Notes: a model not told the origin generated them from the sequence alone. A DNA stretch of 64,000 nucleotides from an uncultured delta proteobacterium (GCA_963731795.1 CAVSWU010000003.1:1094216-1158215); one strand, 5' to 3'. Positions 29,899-45,288 are shown, counted from the stretch's first letter. Made by a program: numbers and translations.

Positions 29899-29959
29899 GA
29901 TGGCCTCGTAAGGTCTGCCCGGCACGCGCCCCTCTCGGGTCGCGGCGCCAGGCCACTGG

Positions 29960-30370
29960 CTAGTAGACGGTGCAGAGCAGCTCGCCGCCGATGTTCTGCT
30001 TGCGCGCCTCGCCGTCCGACATGATGCCCTTGGACGTGGACAGCACGGCGATGCCCATGCCGCCGAGCACGCGGGGAATGTCACGCACCGCCACGTAGCG
30101 GCGCAGGCCCGGCTTGGACACGCGCTTGATGCCGGTGATGGCGGAGCTCCGGTCCTGCCCGTACTTCAGCTGGACGGTGATCTCGCTCTGCGGAGCGCGC
30201 TCGTGGACGGTGAACTCGCCGATGTAGCCCTCATCCTTGAGGACGCGAGCGATCTCGACCTTGAGCTTCGAGTGGGGAATGACGACCTTGTCGTGCCGCG
30301 CACGCGAGGCGTTGCGCAGGCGGGTCAGCATATCGCCGACAGGATCATTGACCGGCTTCATGGGTGACAA
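29960..30370 (-). CDS. rpsH: 30S ribosomal protein S8
   Basis: Full-length S8 ([13 protein letters not shown]...). Confidence 0.95.
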   Translation of the reverse strand: MSPMKPVNDPVGDMLTRLRNASRARHDKVVIPHSKLKVEIARVLKDEGYIGEFTVHERAPQSEITVQLKYGQDRSSAITGIKRVSKPGLRRYVAVRDIPRVLGGMGIAVLSTSKGIMSDGEARKQNIGGELLCTVY

Positions 30371-30529
30371 CCTTCCGTGCGGGAGCCTCCTGGGCTTCCC
30401 GCGCTTTCGACCGCCGCGCCTGCCGGGCCCATCCCGGGGGTTCGCCGCGTTCGCACAACTCTGGGGCTTCGGCGCTTCAGCCGCGCCAGGAGGCCCCGGG
30501 CCACTCAGGCCCCGGGCACCCTCTTCCGG

Positions 30530-30715
30530 CTACCAGGACGACTTGGTGACGCCGGTGATCTCACCGCGCAGCGCGCGCAGGCGCAGGCAGATACGGCACA
30601 TCTGGAACTTGCGAAGGAACGCGCGCGGCCGGCCGCACAGCGGGCAGCGGTTGTACTTGCGCACGGAGAACTTCGGCTTGCGCTTCGCCTGGGCGATCTT
30701 GGAGAGCTTGGCCAT
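30530..30715 (-). CDS. rpsZ: 30S ribosomal protein S14 type Z (Zn-ribbon form)
   Basis: 61 aa with CPLCGR...CRIC. Confidence 0.95.
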   Translation of the reverse strand: MAKLSKIAQAKRKPKFSVRKYNRCPLCGRPRAFLRKFQMCRICLRLRALRGEITGVTKSSW

Positions 30716-30736
30716 GGAGCTTGGATTCCTCGGGAG

Positions 30737-31402
30737 TTACTGGCGGAACGGCATGCCGAAGTGACGCATCAGCGCCAGCCCCTGCTCGTCGTTCTTCGCG
30801 GTGGTGACGAAGCTGATGTTGAGCCCCTTCACCTTCTCGATCTGGTCGTAGTTGATTTCCGGGAAGATGATCTGCTCGCGGATGCCGAGCGTGTAGTTGC
30901 CCTTCCCGTCGAACGCCTTGGGGGACACGCCCTTGAAGTCACGCACGCGCGGCAGCGCCACGGAGATGAGGCGGTCCAGGAACTCGTACATCCGGTCGCC
31001 GCGCAGCGTGACGGCGCAGCCGATGGCCTGGCCCTGGCGCAGCTTGAAGTTCGCGATCGACTTGCGAGCGCGCGTGACGACCGGCTTCTGGCCGGTGATG
31101 GCGCCCAGCTGGTCCACCGCCGACTCCAGGATCTTGTTGTTGGCGAGCGCCTCGCCCAGACCCATGTTGACGACGATCTTCTCGAGCCGCGGCACCTGGA
31201 AGGGGTTCTTCAGGCCCAGCTCCTTCATCAGGGCGGGCACTCCCTCCTTGCGGTAGCGCAGCTTCAGCCGCGCCGGCTTCGCCTCGAGGCCCTCCTCGAT
31301 GTTGGCCGCAAAGCCAGCCTTCTTGACGTCTTCCTTCTTGCGGCCCTTCTTTTCCTTCTTTTCCTTCTTCTCTGCCTGCTCGGGCTTCTTCTCATCAGCC
31401 AT
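30737..31402 (-). CDS. rplE: 50S ribosomal protein L5 (Lys/Glu-rich N-terminal extension)
   Basis: L5 core preceded by [28 protein letters not shown]. Confidence 0.95.
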   Translation of the reverse strand: MADEKKPEQAEKKEKKEKKGRKKEDVKKAGFAANIEEGLEAKPARLKLRYRKEGVPALMKELGLKNPFQVPRLEKIVVNMGLGEALANNKILESAVDQLGAITGQKPVVTRARKSIANFKLRQGQAIGCAVTLRGDRMYEFLDRLISVALPRVRDFKGVSPKAFDGKGNYTLGIREQIIFPEINYDQIEKVKGLNISFVTTAKNDEQGLALMRHFGMPFRQ

Positions 31403-31576
31403 TGTGTCAGTCCTCTGCTTCGGAGCGCCGTCGTGGACCCAGCGGCCCCGATCAGTACGTCTGGAATCTCAAAAACACCGAGAGGGCCCCGCTACTTCAG
31501 GCCCTCTGTATGCATGCCTGCTCGCCCCTGGCCTCGGGTGGCCAAAGGGCGCGCATACATGCCCGAACCCGCCTTC

Positions 31577-31906
31577 CTAGTCAATCAGGGCGTCGCAGTT
31601 CTTGCAGAACCGCTTCTGGGTCTCGCCCTCGGCCCGGATACCCACCCGGGTCGGCTTGTCGCACTTGCCGCACACCACTTGGACGTCCGAGAGAGCGATG
31701 GTGCCCGCCTTCTCGATGATGCCGCCCTCGGGGTTCTGCGCCGTCTTGCGGAGGTGGCGCTTGACCATCCGCAGCCCCTCCACCGTGACGCGCCCGGCCT
31801 CGCGGTCAATCTTCAGCACCTTGCCGCGCTTGCTCGCCGGCGTCTTCTCCGAGCGCTCGGCGCCTGAGATGACCTGCACGGTGTCTCCAACCTTCAGCTT
31901 CTGCAT
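31577..31906 (-). CDS. rplX: 50S ribosomal protein L24 with C-terminal C4 zinc-ribbon-like extension
   Basis: KOW region MQKLKVGDTVQVISG... then CGKCDKP...CKNC. Confidence 0.95.
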   Translation of the reverse strand: MQKLKVGDTVQVISGAERSEKTPASKRGKVLKIDREAGRVTVEGLRMVKRHLRKTAQNPEGGIIEKAGTIALSDVQVVCGKCDKPTRVGIRAEGETQKRFCKNCDALID

Positions 31907-31947
31907 GGCTTCCTCTCTGGCTGCTCGCCGGCAGGCCTGGTGTCCTC

Positions 31948-32316
31948 TTAGAGGACCTCGGGCGCGAGCGAGATGATCTTCATGAACTTGCGGGCGCGGA
32001 GCTCGCGGGCAACCGGCCCGAAGATGCGCGTGCCAATGGGCTCCATGTCCTTGTTGATGAGGACGGCGGAGTTGCCATCGAACTTGATGTAGCTGCCGTC
32101 CGCCCGGCCCACCTCGTGCCTGGTGCGGACGATGACGGCCTTGGCCACGTCGCCCTTCTTCACCTTCGAGTTGGGCAGCGCCTCGCGGATCGACACGACG
32201 ATCACGTCGCCGATGGACGCATACTTGCGCTTCGAGCCGCCGAGCACCTTGATGCAGAACACCTTCTTGGCGCCCGAGTTGTCGGCCACGTCGAGCACGC
32301 TCGTCATCTGAATCAT
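31948..32316 (-). CDS. rplN: 50S ribosomal protein L14
   Basis: Full-length L14. Confidence 0.95.
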   Translation of the reverse strand: MIQMTSVLDVADNSGAKKVFCIKVLGGSKRKYASIGDVIVVSIREALPNSKVKKGDVAKAVIVRTRHEVGRADGSYIKFDGNSAVLINKDMEPIGTRIFGPVARELRARKFMKIISLAPEVL

Positions 32317-32415
32317 CTGGAAGTCTCCTCTAAGGTCCTACGGCAGCCCCTACCCGGCGAGGGGCGGGACCGCGCGGCTCGAGCCGCCCGCGCCCAAGGG
32401 TGCGGGCCACGTGGC

Positions 32416-32733
32416 TCAGACGTTCTTGCTCTTCTCGATCACCTCGACCACCCGCCACCGCTTGTCCTTCGAGGCCGGCCGCGTCTCGGCGATGCGCACG
32501 CGGTCACCCTCGTTGATGGTGATCTTCTTCGGGTAGTCGTGGTCCTCGACGTGCGCCTTGTACTTCTCGCGCATGCTCATGATCTTGCCGTACTTGGCGT
32601 GCGGCGCGCGGCGCTGGACGGTGACGATCACCGTCTTCTGCATCTTGTTCGAGGTGACAATCCCCACGCGCGTCTTGGGACGGCCGCGGGAGGAGCTCTC
32701 GGGAGCGGAGGTGGTCTGGGTCTCTTCAGCCAT
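32416..32733 (-). CDS. rpsQ: 30S ribosomal protein S17
   Basis: Full-length S17 with N-terminal extension. Confidence 0.95.
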   Translation of the reverse strand: MAEETQTTSAPESSSRGRPKTRVGIVTSNKMQKTVIVTVQRRAPHAKYGKIMSMREKYKAHVEDHDYPKKITINEGDRVRIAETRPASKDKRWRVVEVIEKSKNV

Positions 32734-32809
32734 CGTGAATCTCGCCTGTCAGTCAGTGTTCCCGGGACGTCCCGGTGAGGGTGCCCCTGGTCCAGGGGCA
32801 CGCCGGAAG

Positions 32810-33013
32810 CTACTTCTTCTCCGCCCGCTTCTTCTCCGTCATCACGGTGAGGACACGGGCCAGGTCACGGCGGTGCTGGGTGCGCTGCGAGGGGCTGTCC
32901 AGATTGCCCGTCCGCATGCTCAGCTGGTCCTGGAACAGCGTGCCGCGCAGTTCATCCGCGCGCCGCTGCAGGTCCTCCACCGACAACTCCTTCAGTTCCT
33001 TCGCAGTCGCCAT
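32810..33013 (-). CDS. rpmC: 50S ribosomal protein L29
   Basis: Full-length L29. Confidence 0.95.
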   Translation of the reverse strand: MATAKELKELSVEDLQRRADELRGTLFQDQLSMRTGNLDSPSQRTQHRRDLARVLTVMTEKKRAEKK

Positions 33014-33035
33014 CTTCAGTCTCCAGGCCGGGCAG

Positions 33036-33455
33036 CTAGATCGACAGCTGGCCGCGGTTCACGATCTTGGTGAGGACAGGCAGCTTCGCCTGCGCGAGCT
33101 TGAGCGCAGCGGTGGCCACGTCGGCCGTCATGCCCTCCATCTCGTAGAGGATGCGGCCCGGCTTCACCACGGCCACGTAGTACTCCACGCCACCCTTACC
33201 GGTACCCATACGGGTCTCGGCGGGCTTCTTCGTGATGGGCTTGTCCGGGAAGATCCGGATCCAGATCTTACCGCCGCGCTTCACGTGGCGGGTCATCGCG
33301 ATACGGGCCGCCTCGATCTGGCGCGAGGTGATCCACCCCGGCTGCAGGGACATGAGGCCGTACTCACCATAGGTGAGATCGCTGCCGCGGTAGGCCTTAC
33401 CGGGGGTGCGGCCCTTGTGCATCTTGCGATACTTGGTACGAGCAGGCTGAAGCAT
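33036..33455 (-). CDS. rplP: 50S ribosomal protein L16
   Basis: Full-length L16. Confidence 0.95.
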   Translation of the reverse strand: MLQPARTKYRKMHKGRTPGKAYRGSDLTYGEYGLMSLQPGWITSRQIEAARIAMTRHVKRGGKIWIRIFPDKPITKKPAETRMGTGKGGVEYYVAVVKPGRILYEMEGMTADVATAALKLAQAKLPVLTKIVNRGQLSI

Positions 33456-33510
33456 CGTCGGTGTCCTTCATCCCCGCAGGGGCACCCGTGGGCGCCCCGG
33501 GGAGCTCAAG

Positions 33511-34173
<663 letters not shown>

Positions 34174-34206
34174 CGTGCTTCTCCTTAAAGTTGAAGGCCC
34201 GGAGGG

Positions 34207-34551
34207 CTACTTCTTGGCCTCGGCGAGCACCACGTGAACGTGGGCGCTCTTCTTGTTGATTCGCGTCGCGCGGCCCATGGCGCGCGGCATGTACCGGCGC
34301 TGGGTGGGGGCCTGGTCCACGGAGATGGTCTTCACGTAGAGCGTGTCCACGTCGACCTGGCCCTTGGACTTGTCGGTGGCGTTGGCCACGGCGCTCTTGA
34401 TGAGCTTGCCGAGCGGAGCCGCCGCAGCGCGGGGGGTGAACTTGAGGATGTTGAGGGCAGCCTCGACGGGCTTGCCTCGGACGAGCGCAGCCACCGTGGA
34501 CAGCTTCCGGGGCGACATGCGGACGTAGCGCAGATGTGCAGTGGACTCCAT
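34207..34551 (-). CDS. rplV: 50S ribosomal protein L22
   Basis: Start MESTAHLRYVRMSP (second Met of the listed ORF). Confidence 0.9.
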   Translation of the reverse strand: MESTAHLRYVRMSPRKLSTVAALVRGKPVEAALNILKFTPRAAAAPLGKLIKSAVANATDKSKGQVDVDTLYVKTISVDQAPTQRRYMPRAMGRATRINKKSAHVHVVLAEAKK

Positions 34552-34575
34552 CGTCATCTCCTAGAGCGGTCCGGA

Positions 34576-34863
34576 CTACTTACCGGGGGCCTTGGCGACC
34601 TTCTTCTCGGCCGAGTGCCCACCGAAGGTCCGCGTCGGCGCGAACTCGCCGAGCTTGTGACCCACCATGTTCTCCGTGACGAACACCGGGACGAACTTCT
34701 TCCCGTTGTGCACCGCGAAGGTGTGTCCGACGAACTCCGGCAGGATGGTGGAGCGCCGCGACCACGTCTTCACGACCTTCTTCTGGTTCGTCTTGATCAT
34801 GTCCTCCACCTTCTTGAGGAGATGATCGTCGACGAACGGTCCCTTCTTGATCGAACGAGCCAT
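34576..34863 (-). CDS. rpsS: 30S ribosomal protein S19
   Basis: Full-length S19. Confidence 0.95.
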   Translation of the reverse strand: MARSIKKGPFVDDHLLKKVEDMIKTNQKKVVKTWSRRSTILPEFVGHTFAVHNGKKFVPVFVTENMVGHKLGEFAPTRTFGGHSAEKKVAKAPGK

Positions 34864-34885
34864 TTCGGAATCCTTGGGCTACGAG

Positions 34886-35731
34886 CTACTGGCTGCGCGG
34901 TCCCTGCCGGCGCTTGCTCACGATGAACTTGTCGGTCCGCTTGTTGGTGCGCGTGGTGAGACCCTTGGTCTTCTGGCCCCACGGCGACACCGGGTGCGGG
35001 TTACCCTGGCCGGACTTACCCTCACCACCACCGTGCGGGTGGTCGACAGGGTTCATGGCCAGACCGCGGACGGTGGGCCGGATGCCCAGCCAGCGGCTCT
35101 TACCCGCCTTACCGATGCGGATGATCTCATGCTCGATGTTGCCGAGCTGGCCCACGGTGGCCCGGCACTCGATGAGCACCTTGCGCACCGCGCCCGAGGG
35201 CAGGCGGATCTGGGCGTAGCGGTCCTCCTTGGCCATCAGCTGACCGGAGGTGCCGGCCGAGCGGATGATCTGGGCGCCGCGGCCCGGCTTCAGCTCCACG
35301 TTGTGGATGACCGTACCCACCGGGATGTTCAGCAGCGGCAGGCAGTTGCCCGGCCGGATGTCCGAGTTCGGACCGGCGAACAGGGTGTCACCCACCGCCA
35401 GGCCCACGGGGGCCAGGATGTAGCGCTTCTCGCCGTCCGCGTAGTGCAGCAGCGCGATGTTGGCGGTGCGGTTCGGGTCGTACTCCACGGAAGCGACCTT
35501 GGCCGGCACGCCATCCTTGTCCCGGCGCTTGAAGTCGATGACGCGGTAGCGGCGCTTGTGGCCACCGCCCTGGTGACGCCGGGTGATGTGGCCGTGAACG
35601 TTGCGGCCGCCCGAGCGCTTCAGCGGAGCGGTGAGCTTCTTCTCCGGCGTGTCCTTGGTGATGTCCGCGAAGTCGGACACCGTCATCAGGCGACGGGCTG
35701 CTGAGGTCGGCTTGTACTTCTTGATGCCCAT
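34886..35731 (-). CDS. rplB: 50S ribosomal protein L2
   Basis: Full-length L2. Confidence 0.95.
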   Translation of the reverse strand: MGIKKYKPTSAARRLMTVSDFADITKDTPEKKLTAPLKRSGGRNVHGHITRRHQGGGHKRRYRVIDFKRRDKDGVPAKVASVEYDPNRTANIALLHYADGEKRYILAPVGLAVGDTLFAGPNSDIRPGNCLPLLNIPVGTVIHNVELKPGRGAQIIRSAGTSGQLMAKEDRYAQIRLPSGAVRKVLIECRATVGQLGNIEHEIIRIGKAGKSRWLGIRPTVRGLAMNPVDHPHGGGEGKSGQGNPHPVSPWGQKTKGLTTRTNKRTDKFIVSKRRQGPRSQ

Positions 35732-35768
35732 GGTGATTATCCTCGATCAGGCGGTCAGCGCGGTGCGC

Positions 35769-36062
35769 CTAGGCCGTCGTTCCCTCGAAGAGCTCGATCT
35801 TGTCGCCCTCCTTGAGGGTGACGACGGCCTTCTTGTAGTTGGGGCGCTGGCCGATGCTCTTGCCCACGCGCTTGACCTTGCCGCGGACGATGTTGGTGCG
35901 CACGCCCTCGACGGTGACCTTGAACAGGTTCTCCACCGCGCGAGCCACATCCACCTTGGTCGCCTTCTTGTCGACGATGAAGGAGTACTGGCGGAACTTC
36001 TCGCGGGCCTGGTCCAGCTTCTCGGTGATGAGCGGACCCTTGATGACGTCGTGGATCTTCAT
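35769..36062 (-). CDS. rplW: 50S ribosomal protein L23
   Basis: Full-length L23. Confidence 0.95.
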   Translation of the reverse strand: MKIHDVIKGPLITEKLDQAREKFRQYSFIVDKKATKVDVARAVENLFKVTVEGVRTNIVRGKVKRVGKSIGQRPNYKKAVVTLKEGDKIELFEGTTA

Positions 36063-36682
36063 GACAGGGCCTCCTGGATGGCCTTGGCGGCCGCGGAGGT
36101 CAGCACGAGCTGCTTGTGGCGCAGCACGGACTCGAGGTTGAGCCCCTCGGGCGGCAGCACGTCGAACTGAGCCAGGTTGCGCACGCTGCGGTGCAGGTTG
36201 GTGTTGCCCTTCTCGTCGATGACGAGGGCGTTCTCCAGCTTCAGGCGCTTGGTGAGCACGTCGAAGGCCTGCTTGCTCTTCGCGGCGTCCAGCTTGAAGC
36301 CGTCGAGGATCACCAGGGCGTTCTCCTTGGCGCGCAGGGACAGCGCCGCGCGGAGCGCGCCGCGACGAACCTGGCGGGGAGGACGGTAGGTGTAGTCCCG
36401 GGCCTTGGGAGCCATGGCCTTACCACCGCCCACCCAGTGGGAGGCGCGGATGGAGCCCTGACGAGCGCGGCCAGTGCCCTTCTGCTTCCAGGGCTTCTTG
36501 CCACCACCGCTCACCAGCGAGGTGTTCTTCACACCCACGGTGCCGCGGCGCCGGTTGATCTGCTGCATCTTCGCCACCTCGTAGAGGAGGTGGGGGTTCG
36601 GCTCGGCGCCGAACACCTCGTCGGAGAGTTCGATCTCCGACACCTGCTTGCCATCCAGGTCGATTACCTTGAACTTCGCCAT
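36059..36682 (-). CDS. rplD: 50S ribosomal protein L4
   Basis: L4 signature [22 protein letters not shown]; follows rpsJ with only a ~50-nt spacer, with no rplC. Confidence 0.95.
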   Translation of the reverse strand: MAKFKVIDLDGKQVSEIELSDEVFGAEPNPHLLYEVAKMQQINRRRGTVGVKNTSLVSGGGKKPWKQKGTGRARQGSIRASHWVGGGKAMAPKARDYTYRPPRQVRRGALRAALSLRAKENALVILDGFKLDAAKSKQAFDVLTKRLKLENALVIDEKGNTNLHRSVRNLAQFDVLPPEGLNLESVLRHKQLVLTSAAAKAIQEALS

Positions 36683-36732
36683 GACATTTCCTCGGGGGTC
36701 GGAGTGGAACTGCGCCAGTCCTCACCCGCGTC

Positions 36733-37041
36733 CTAGGACTTGATCTCCACGTCAACGCCAGCCGACAGATCCAGCTTCATCAGCGCATCCAGCGTCTGCT
36801 GGGTGGGCTCGAGGATGTCGAGCAAGCGCTTGTGCGTGCGGATCTCGAACTGCTCGCGGCTCTTCTTGTCCACGTGCGGCGACCGCAGAACCGTGAACTT
36901 GTTGATGCGCGTGGGCAGGGGGATCGGACCGGCCACCTTGGCGCCCGTGCGCTTGGCCGTCTCAACAATCTCCCCGGCGCTCTGGTCCAGGAGCTTCGAG
37001 TCGTACGCCTTCAGCCGGATGCGAATCTTCGTTGTCGCCAT
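36733..37041 (-). CDS. rpsJ: 30S ribosomal protein S10
   Basis: Full-length S10. Confidence 0.95.
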   Translation of the reverse strand: MATTKIRIRLKAYDSKLLDQSAGEIVETAKRTGAKVAGPIPLPTRINKFTVLRSPHVDKKSREQFEIRTHKRLLDILEPTQQTLDALMKLDLSAGVDVEIKS

Positions 37042-37224
37042 TTCGAAAAAACCTCTTAGACGGCCCCGCTGTTGGAGGCGTTACGACCGACGTCCCCTGG
37101 ATGTCACAGAGCCGTGCTTCAGACGAGGGGCGCGGCATTTACCACCCCACCCCTCTGGTTGCAACTCTATTCCGACACCACCCCGGCGAGCCACTGTCTG
37201 GCCGCCGGGGTGCAGTCAGCCAAA

Positions 37225-38415
<1,191 letters not shown>

Positions 38416-38541
38416 GACTTCTCCTGGTGGGGGCCAGCCCGGTGGCCGGCATTTTTCGGCAAAACGAAGGTGCTGCGTCCTGCTCCAATGTGACTGAAAG
38501 ATCAACAGAAATCGGCAGGGTGGGCACCCTGCGGGCAGCCG

Positions 38542-40617
<2,076 letters not shown>

Positions 40618-40755
40618 GGCCCAATACCCTTCTTCGAATCGGGAGCCTGGTTGCTCCCTCTCCCTGATTCACGACCACCCAAACGGATTGTCAGAGAACT
40701 GCAACACCCGGATACGCCAGGCGCATCCGGGTGTCAGACCGCGAGGCCGTCAGGC

Positions 40756-41226
40756 CTACCAGCGGTAGTGCGCGAAGGCCTTGTTCGCCTCCGCCATCTT
40801 GTGCGTGTCCTCGCGCTTCTTCACGGCGTTGCCGCGGTTGTTGGCGGCATCCATGATCTCGCCGGCGAGCTTCTCCTGCATGGTCTTCTCACCACGCGCC
40901 TTGGCGTAGGAGATGATCCAGCGCATGCCGAGCGCCACGCGGCGGTCCTGACGGACCTCGACGGGGACCTGGTAGGTGGCGCCACCGACGCGGCGGCTCT
41001 TCACCTCGAGGACGGGCTTGACGTTGTCCAGGGCCTTCTTGAACGTCTTCAGGGGCTCTTCCTTCGCCCGCTCCTCGATGAGGGCAAAGGCGCCGTAGCA
41101 CACGCCCTCGGCGATGGACTTGTTGCCCTTGCGCATCAGGTCGTTGACGAACTTGGTGACGAGCCGATCCTGATACTTCGGATCAGGCAGGATCTTCCGC
41201 TTCGCTACTACGCGACGACGAGGCAT
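40756..41226 (-). CDS. rpsG: 30S ribosomal protein S7
   Basis: Full-length S7. Confidence 0.95.
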   Translation of the reverse strand: MPRRRVVAKRKILPDPKYQDRLVTKFVNDLMRKGNKSIAEGVCYGAFALIEERAKEEPLKTFKKALDNVKPVLEVKSRRVGGATYQVPVEVRQDRRVALGMRWIISYAKARGEKTMQEKLAGEIMDAANNRGNAVKKREDTHKMAEANKAFAHYRW

Positions 41227-41367
41227 CTCTTCTTCCCTTACGCCCCACCCCCGCTAGGCGGGAGCCAACAGGGGCTTCATGAACTGCACGGAACAACGAA
41301 ACAAGGCGCGCTCCCCAGGGTGTGGGGCGAGCGTCCTGATCCGACTTCTGGAGGTGATCGAACCGCT

Positions 41368-41739
41368 TCAGCTCGGGCGCTTGGCGCCGTACTTGGAGCG
41401 GCTCTGCTTGCGGCCCGCCACGCCCACGGAGTCCAGCGTGCCACGGATGATGTGGTAGCGGACGCCCGGGAGATCCTTCACGCGGCCTCCGCGGATCATC
41501 ACCACGGAGTGCTCCTGGAGGTTGTGACCCACGCCCGGGATGTACGAGGTGACTTCAATCCCGTTGGTGAGGCGCACGCGCGCCACCTTGCGAAGGGCCG
41601 AGTTCGGCTTCTTCGGCGTGGTGGTGTACACGCGGGTGCAGACACCACGCTTCTGAGGGCTCTCCTTCAGAGCGGGGCTCTTCCCCTTGAAAACCATCTT
41701 CTCGCGGCCCTTGCGGACCAGCTGGCTGATCGTCGGCAC
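41368..41739 (-). CDS. rpsL: 30S ribosomal protein S12
   Basis: Full-length S12 ([14 protein letters not shown]..). Confidence 0.95.
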   Translation of the reverse strand: MPTISQLVRKGREKMVFKGKSPALKESPQKRGVCTRVYTTTPKKPNSALRKVARVRLTNGIEVTSYIPGVGHNLQEHSVVMIRGGRVKDLPGVRYHIIRGTLDSVGVAGRKQSRSKYGAKRPS

Positions 41740-41823
41740 TGACGCTTCCTTCTCTCATGGCCCCCAGCGCTGGACACGTGGCGGCACATATAGACCTACA
41801 ACTACGCTAGAAAAAGGGCCGCG

Positions 41824-41851
41824 AGTATAGGGAGGGACCTTCCCGTGTCAA
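41824..41851 (-). promoter_or_regulatory. Near-consensus sigma-70-type promoter of the rpsL (str) operon
   Basis: Minus strand reads TTGACA-16 nt-TATACT about 85 nt upstream of the rpsL ATG, inside a locally low-GC stretch (41790-41850). Confidence 0.5.
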
Positions 41852-41906
41852 GCACCGCTTGACCCTCGGAGGGTAGAAACCGTCCGGCGGGAGGGGATCC
41901 ATTCCT

Positions 41907-41929
41907 GAAACGCGCAGTTTGCGCGCTCC
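41907..41929 (-). terminator. Hairpin downstream of rimI (possible terminator/insulator before the rpsL promoter)
   Basis: GAAACGCGCAGTTTGCGCGCTCC: 6-bp GC stem CGCGCA/TGCGCG with loop AAC; no strong U-tract. Confidence 0.3.
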
Positions 41930-41945
41930 TCTACCCCTCGTGCGA

Positions 41946-42380
41946 CTAGAAGTCGAGCACCATGACGAGCGCGTCCTCTTTCTCGTCCACGTAGTAGTTC
42001 GGCCGCACCCCCACCGAGCGGAAGCCCAGGGACTTGTAGAGGCCAATGGCCGCCTCGTTGCTCTGGCGGACCTCCAGGGTGGCCAGGACGCAGTGGCGGT
42101 ACTGGCCCCGAGCGAGCACCTCGTCCATCAGCACCCGCCCTACCCCGCGGCGGCGGTGCTCGGGCGCCACCGCGACGTTGAGCACGTGGACCTCGTCCTG
42201 GACGATCCAGAAGATGGCCAGGCCCAGCAGGAGCCGGCCCCCTGCTGGCTGCGGCTCCTCGACCAGCAGGATCGTGGACCAGTCGTGATCCAGCTCGCGC
42301 CGCAGCAGCTCGGGCGACCAGGGGTTGCGGAAGGCCGCCTTCTCCAGCGCGATCACCGCCGGCATGTCCTCGTGGGTCAT
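41946..42380 (-). CDS. rimI: Ribosomal-protein-alanine N-acetyltransferase (GNAT)
   Basis: GNAT motifs (LAVAPEHRRRGVGRVLM, YKSLGF); start at MTHEDMPAVIALE. Confidence 0.85.
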   Translation of the reverse strand: MTHEDMPAVIALEKAAFRNPWSPELLRRELDHDWSTILLVEEPQPAGGRLLLGLAIFWIVQDEVHVLNVAVAPEHRRRGVGRVLMDEVLARGQYRHCVLATLEVRQSNEAAIGLYKSLGFRSVGVRPNYYVDEKEDALVMVLDF

Positions 42381-42436
42381 CTGCCGGATCAGGAACGGGT
42401 GCTTGCCCTGCCGCGGAGCTTCCTCGCGCATCTGCC

Positions 42437-43171
42437 TCATCGCCGCGCCTCCCTGGCGAAGGGAGCCACCCGCCTCACCTGCGCGGAGGCTCGAAGTTGG
42501 GCCAGATCCTCCGCGGTGAGCAGATCGTAGCGCTCCTTCTTCAGCTTGTTCTGGAGCTGGACCTTCACCGCCGTGTAGCCCTCCGGGTACTCGCTGGCGT
42601 GCTGCTGGTAGTAGCGCAGCGTCTCCGCCTCGCTTACCTGGACTCGCGGGCGAATGCGACTGTCCAGGATGCGCTCGGCCCGCACGCGCCGGCCCAGCAC
42701 CTCCGTGAGCAGCTTCAGATCCGCCCCCGAGCGCGCCAGGAAGGCTTGGAAGGCCTCCTCGCTGTCGAAGAGCTGGCGGAACTTCGCCAGCCGGGCCTCC
42801 ACGTCCGCCTGCTCCGTGGGGGATGCCTCCTGCCGATCCGCGCTCAGCACCTGCAGCCGCAGGTTGATGGCCAGCTCGAGCCCCACCTTGAGTGCCTCCT
42901 CATCGAGCGGCTCCACGGCCGCCTGCAAAGCTCCCTGCTGGACGAACGCCACGCGCGTCTCGAACTCCAGCTCGCTCCGGGTGAGGACCTGGCCCTCGAT
43001 GACCGCCACCACCTGGTCGATGATGCGCCCCTCGGACGCCTCGGAGGCCGCCGTGGGCACACCGCTCTCTGGCGCCTGGGCCATCGCGGCGGCAGGCACT
43101 ACCATGAGCCAGCCCGCCCACCCGAGGATGATCGCTCGACGGGGGCGCGGCGATGCCAGGGCCACCTTCAT
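42437..43171 (-). CDS. Periplasmic chaperone, SurA N-terminal-domain protein
   Basis: Signal peptide [31 protein letters not shown] then SurA_N-like region ([19 protein letters not shown]...). Confidence 0.7.
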   Translation of the reverse strand: MKVALASPRPRRAIILGWAGWLMVVPAAAMAQAPESGVPTAASEASEGRIIDQVVAVIEGQVLTRSELEFETRVAFVQQGALQAAVEPLDEEALKVGLELAINLRLQVLSADRQEASPTEQADVEARLAKFRQLFDSEEAFQAFLARSGADLKLLTEVLGRRVRAERILDSRIRPRVQVSEAETLRYYQQHASEYPEGYTAVKVQLQNKLKKERYDLLTAEDLAQLRASAQVRRVAPFAREARR

Positions 43172-43275
43172 CACCGGCCACTTTATACATCGCGCCCATC
43201 CGCACGCATTGTGCTGGCGCAGCCCGTCAGGCTGGTTACGTTCTTGCAGAAGGAATTTTTCAGGACAGATCGGCA

Positions 43276-44448
43276 ATGGCGGACGACTACTACCAGATTC
43301 TCGAGGTCCCTCGGACTGCGTCCGCGGAGGACATCAAGAAAGCCTTCCGGAAGCTGGCCCGCAAGCACCACCCGGACGTGAACCCGGGCAACAAGGCGGC
43401 AGAGGAGCGCTTCAAGCAGCTCAACTCCGCCTTCGAGGTGCTGTCGGATCCCAAGAAGCGCAAGCTCTACGACGAGTTCGGCGAGGACGCCGCGAAGATG
43501 GGCTTCGACGAGAAGAAGGCCGAGGCGTATCGGGCCTATCGCTCGGCTCGGGCCGGCGGCGGAGGCCCGGGTGGCATCCCCTTCTCCGGGGGCGGCGTGG
43601 ACTTCGACCTGGGCGACATCTTCGGAGACATCTTCGGACGGGCGGGCGGCGGGGGCGGCGGCTTCGACATTGGCGAGATCCTCGGGCGTCGCGGGGCTGC
43701 CGCCGCCAGGGGGCCCGAGCGCGGTGAGGATCTCACCGCCCAGGTGACGCTCTCGCTGGGTGAGGCCGTCACTGGCACCGAGCGCGCCCTCTCTGTCCAG
43801 CGTCCGGGACGCTGCCAGCGCTGCAATGGCCGAGGCGAGGCGGGCGCTTCCGGCCCCTGCCCTACCTGCAAGGGCACCGGCCGCGCACGGCGAAGCGCGG
43901 GGATGCCCTTCGGAGGCGCCTGCCCCACCTGCAACGGCACGGGCCGCGCCGCGGAGCCCTGCCCCCAGTGTGATGGGACGGGCGTCGTCGAGGAGATGAC
44001 GCGGCTGACGGTGAAGATCCCGCCCGGCGTCCAGACGGGCTCCAAGGTCCGGCTCGCCGGCCAGGGCGCGGCGGGTCCCCACGGAGGCCCTCCGGGCGAT
44101 CTCTACATCGAGACCGAGGTGGCCGAGCACCCGTTCGTACGCCGTGAGGGGGATGATCTCTACATGGACCTGCCCGTGACGGTCCCCGAGGCCCTCCTCG
44201 GCGCCGAGGTGAAGGTGCCTACCTTCCAGGGCGAGGTGACCGTCCGAGTGCCTCCTGGCTCCCAGTCTGGCCGGAAGATGCGCCTCAAGGGTCGCGGCGC
44301 GCCCTCACTCAAGGGGGGCAGTCCTGGGGACATGTACCTCGTCCTCCAGGTGAAGGTGCCCGAGGTGGCCTCCCCCGAGGTGAAGGCGGCGGCCGAGACG
44401 CTCGCCCGTGCCTATCCTGGAGACGTTCGACGGGAGCTGAAGCTCTAG
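43276..44448 (+). CDS. dnaJ: Molecular chaperone DnaJ (type I)
   Basis: J domain (DYYQILEV...HHPDVNPG), G/F-rich linker, four CxxCxGxG Zn-finger repeats, C-terminal domains. Confidence 0.9.
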   Translation: MADDYYQILEVPRTASAEDIKKAFRKLARKHHPDVNPGNKAAEERFKQLNSAFEVLSDPKKRKLYDEFGEDAAKMGFDEKKAEAYRAYRSARAGGGGPGGIPFSGGGVDFDLGDIFGDIFGRAGGGGGGFDIGEILGRRGAAAARGPERGEDLTAQVTLSLGEAVTGTERALSVQRPGRCQRCNGRGEAGASGPCPTCKGTGRARRSAGMPFGGACPTCNGTGRAAEPCPQCDGTGVVEEMTRLTVKIPPGVQTGSKVRLAGQGAAGPHGGPPGDLYIETEVAEHPFVRREGDDLYMDLPVTVPEALLGAEVKVPTFQGEVTVRVPPGSQSGRKMRLKGRGAPSLKGGSPGDMYLVLQVKVPEVASPEVKAAAETLARAYPGDVRRELKL

Positions 44449-44556
44449 GCCCCCACCGAACGATGGGAATGGGCTCGGCTTCTTGCCTATTGCCTTGACG
44501 GGCGCCTCGTCCTACACGGCGCATCCACATCTCGACCTTTTTTGGAGCACTCGCAT

Positions 44557-45288
44557 ATGGGCCTCTTCGACTTCTTTGGTGGCTCCGGCCCCGAGAAAGC
44601 CCTCAAGCTCAAACCCAAGGTGACCCAGAAGTATGGGGATCCCGCCTCGCGCCAGAAGGCCATCCAGCAGCTCGGGGAGATGAAGTTCCCCGAGGCCGTC
44701 AGCGTGCTGCTGTCGCGCTTCACCCTCACCGTCGAGCCGCTCACCACGGACGCCGACGAGAAGGAGCACGTCTTCGAGCTCATCAAGGGCTTCGACAAGG
44801 ACGCGATCGCCCCCATCCAGGAGTTCCTCCGCAAGAGCGACCAGGCCACCTCCTGGGCGCTGCGGCTGCTCGGCGACCTGCTGCCGGAGCCCGAGGTCAT
44901 CGGCATCTGCGTGGACACGCTCACCCACCTGAGCAGCCACTACACGCGCGATCCGGAGAAGAAGGTCGTCCTGCTGCACCACGTCACGGGCAAGGAGGAT
45001 CCCCGCATCGCCTCCCGCCGTCCTCCCCTTCCTCGAGGACATGTCGGACGACGTGAAGATCGCGGCGCTCAAGGTGCTCGGGCCGCTCAAGTACGAGGCC
45101 GGCCCGCGAGCCCATGCTCAAGCTCCTCACCGCGGAAGAGACCGCGCGCCGCGTGCAGACGGCGGCCCTGGCGGCGCTCCAGGAGAGCGGCTTCGGCGTC
45201 CAGGGCTTCAGGGAGAAGGTAGAGCCCCTGCTCGTGGAGCCCTACGCCCTCGACAAGTCGGGCTTCATCATCAAGCGTCAGGCTTGAG
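44557..45288 (+). pseudogene. HEAT-repeat protein gene with two +1 frame changes
   Basis: Three successive frames carry coherent sequence: ...LLHHVTGKEDPRIA | AVLPFLEDMSDDVKIAALKVLGPLKYE | PAREPMLKLLTAEETARRVQ...IIKRQA*. Shifts near 45015 and 45100 in GC homopolymer contexts. Confidence 0.65.

Noticed and set aside
30377-31867. 496-aa + ORF
   Set aside because: Antisense to rplE and rplX.
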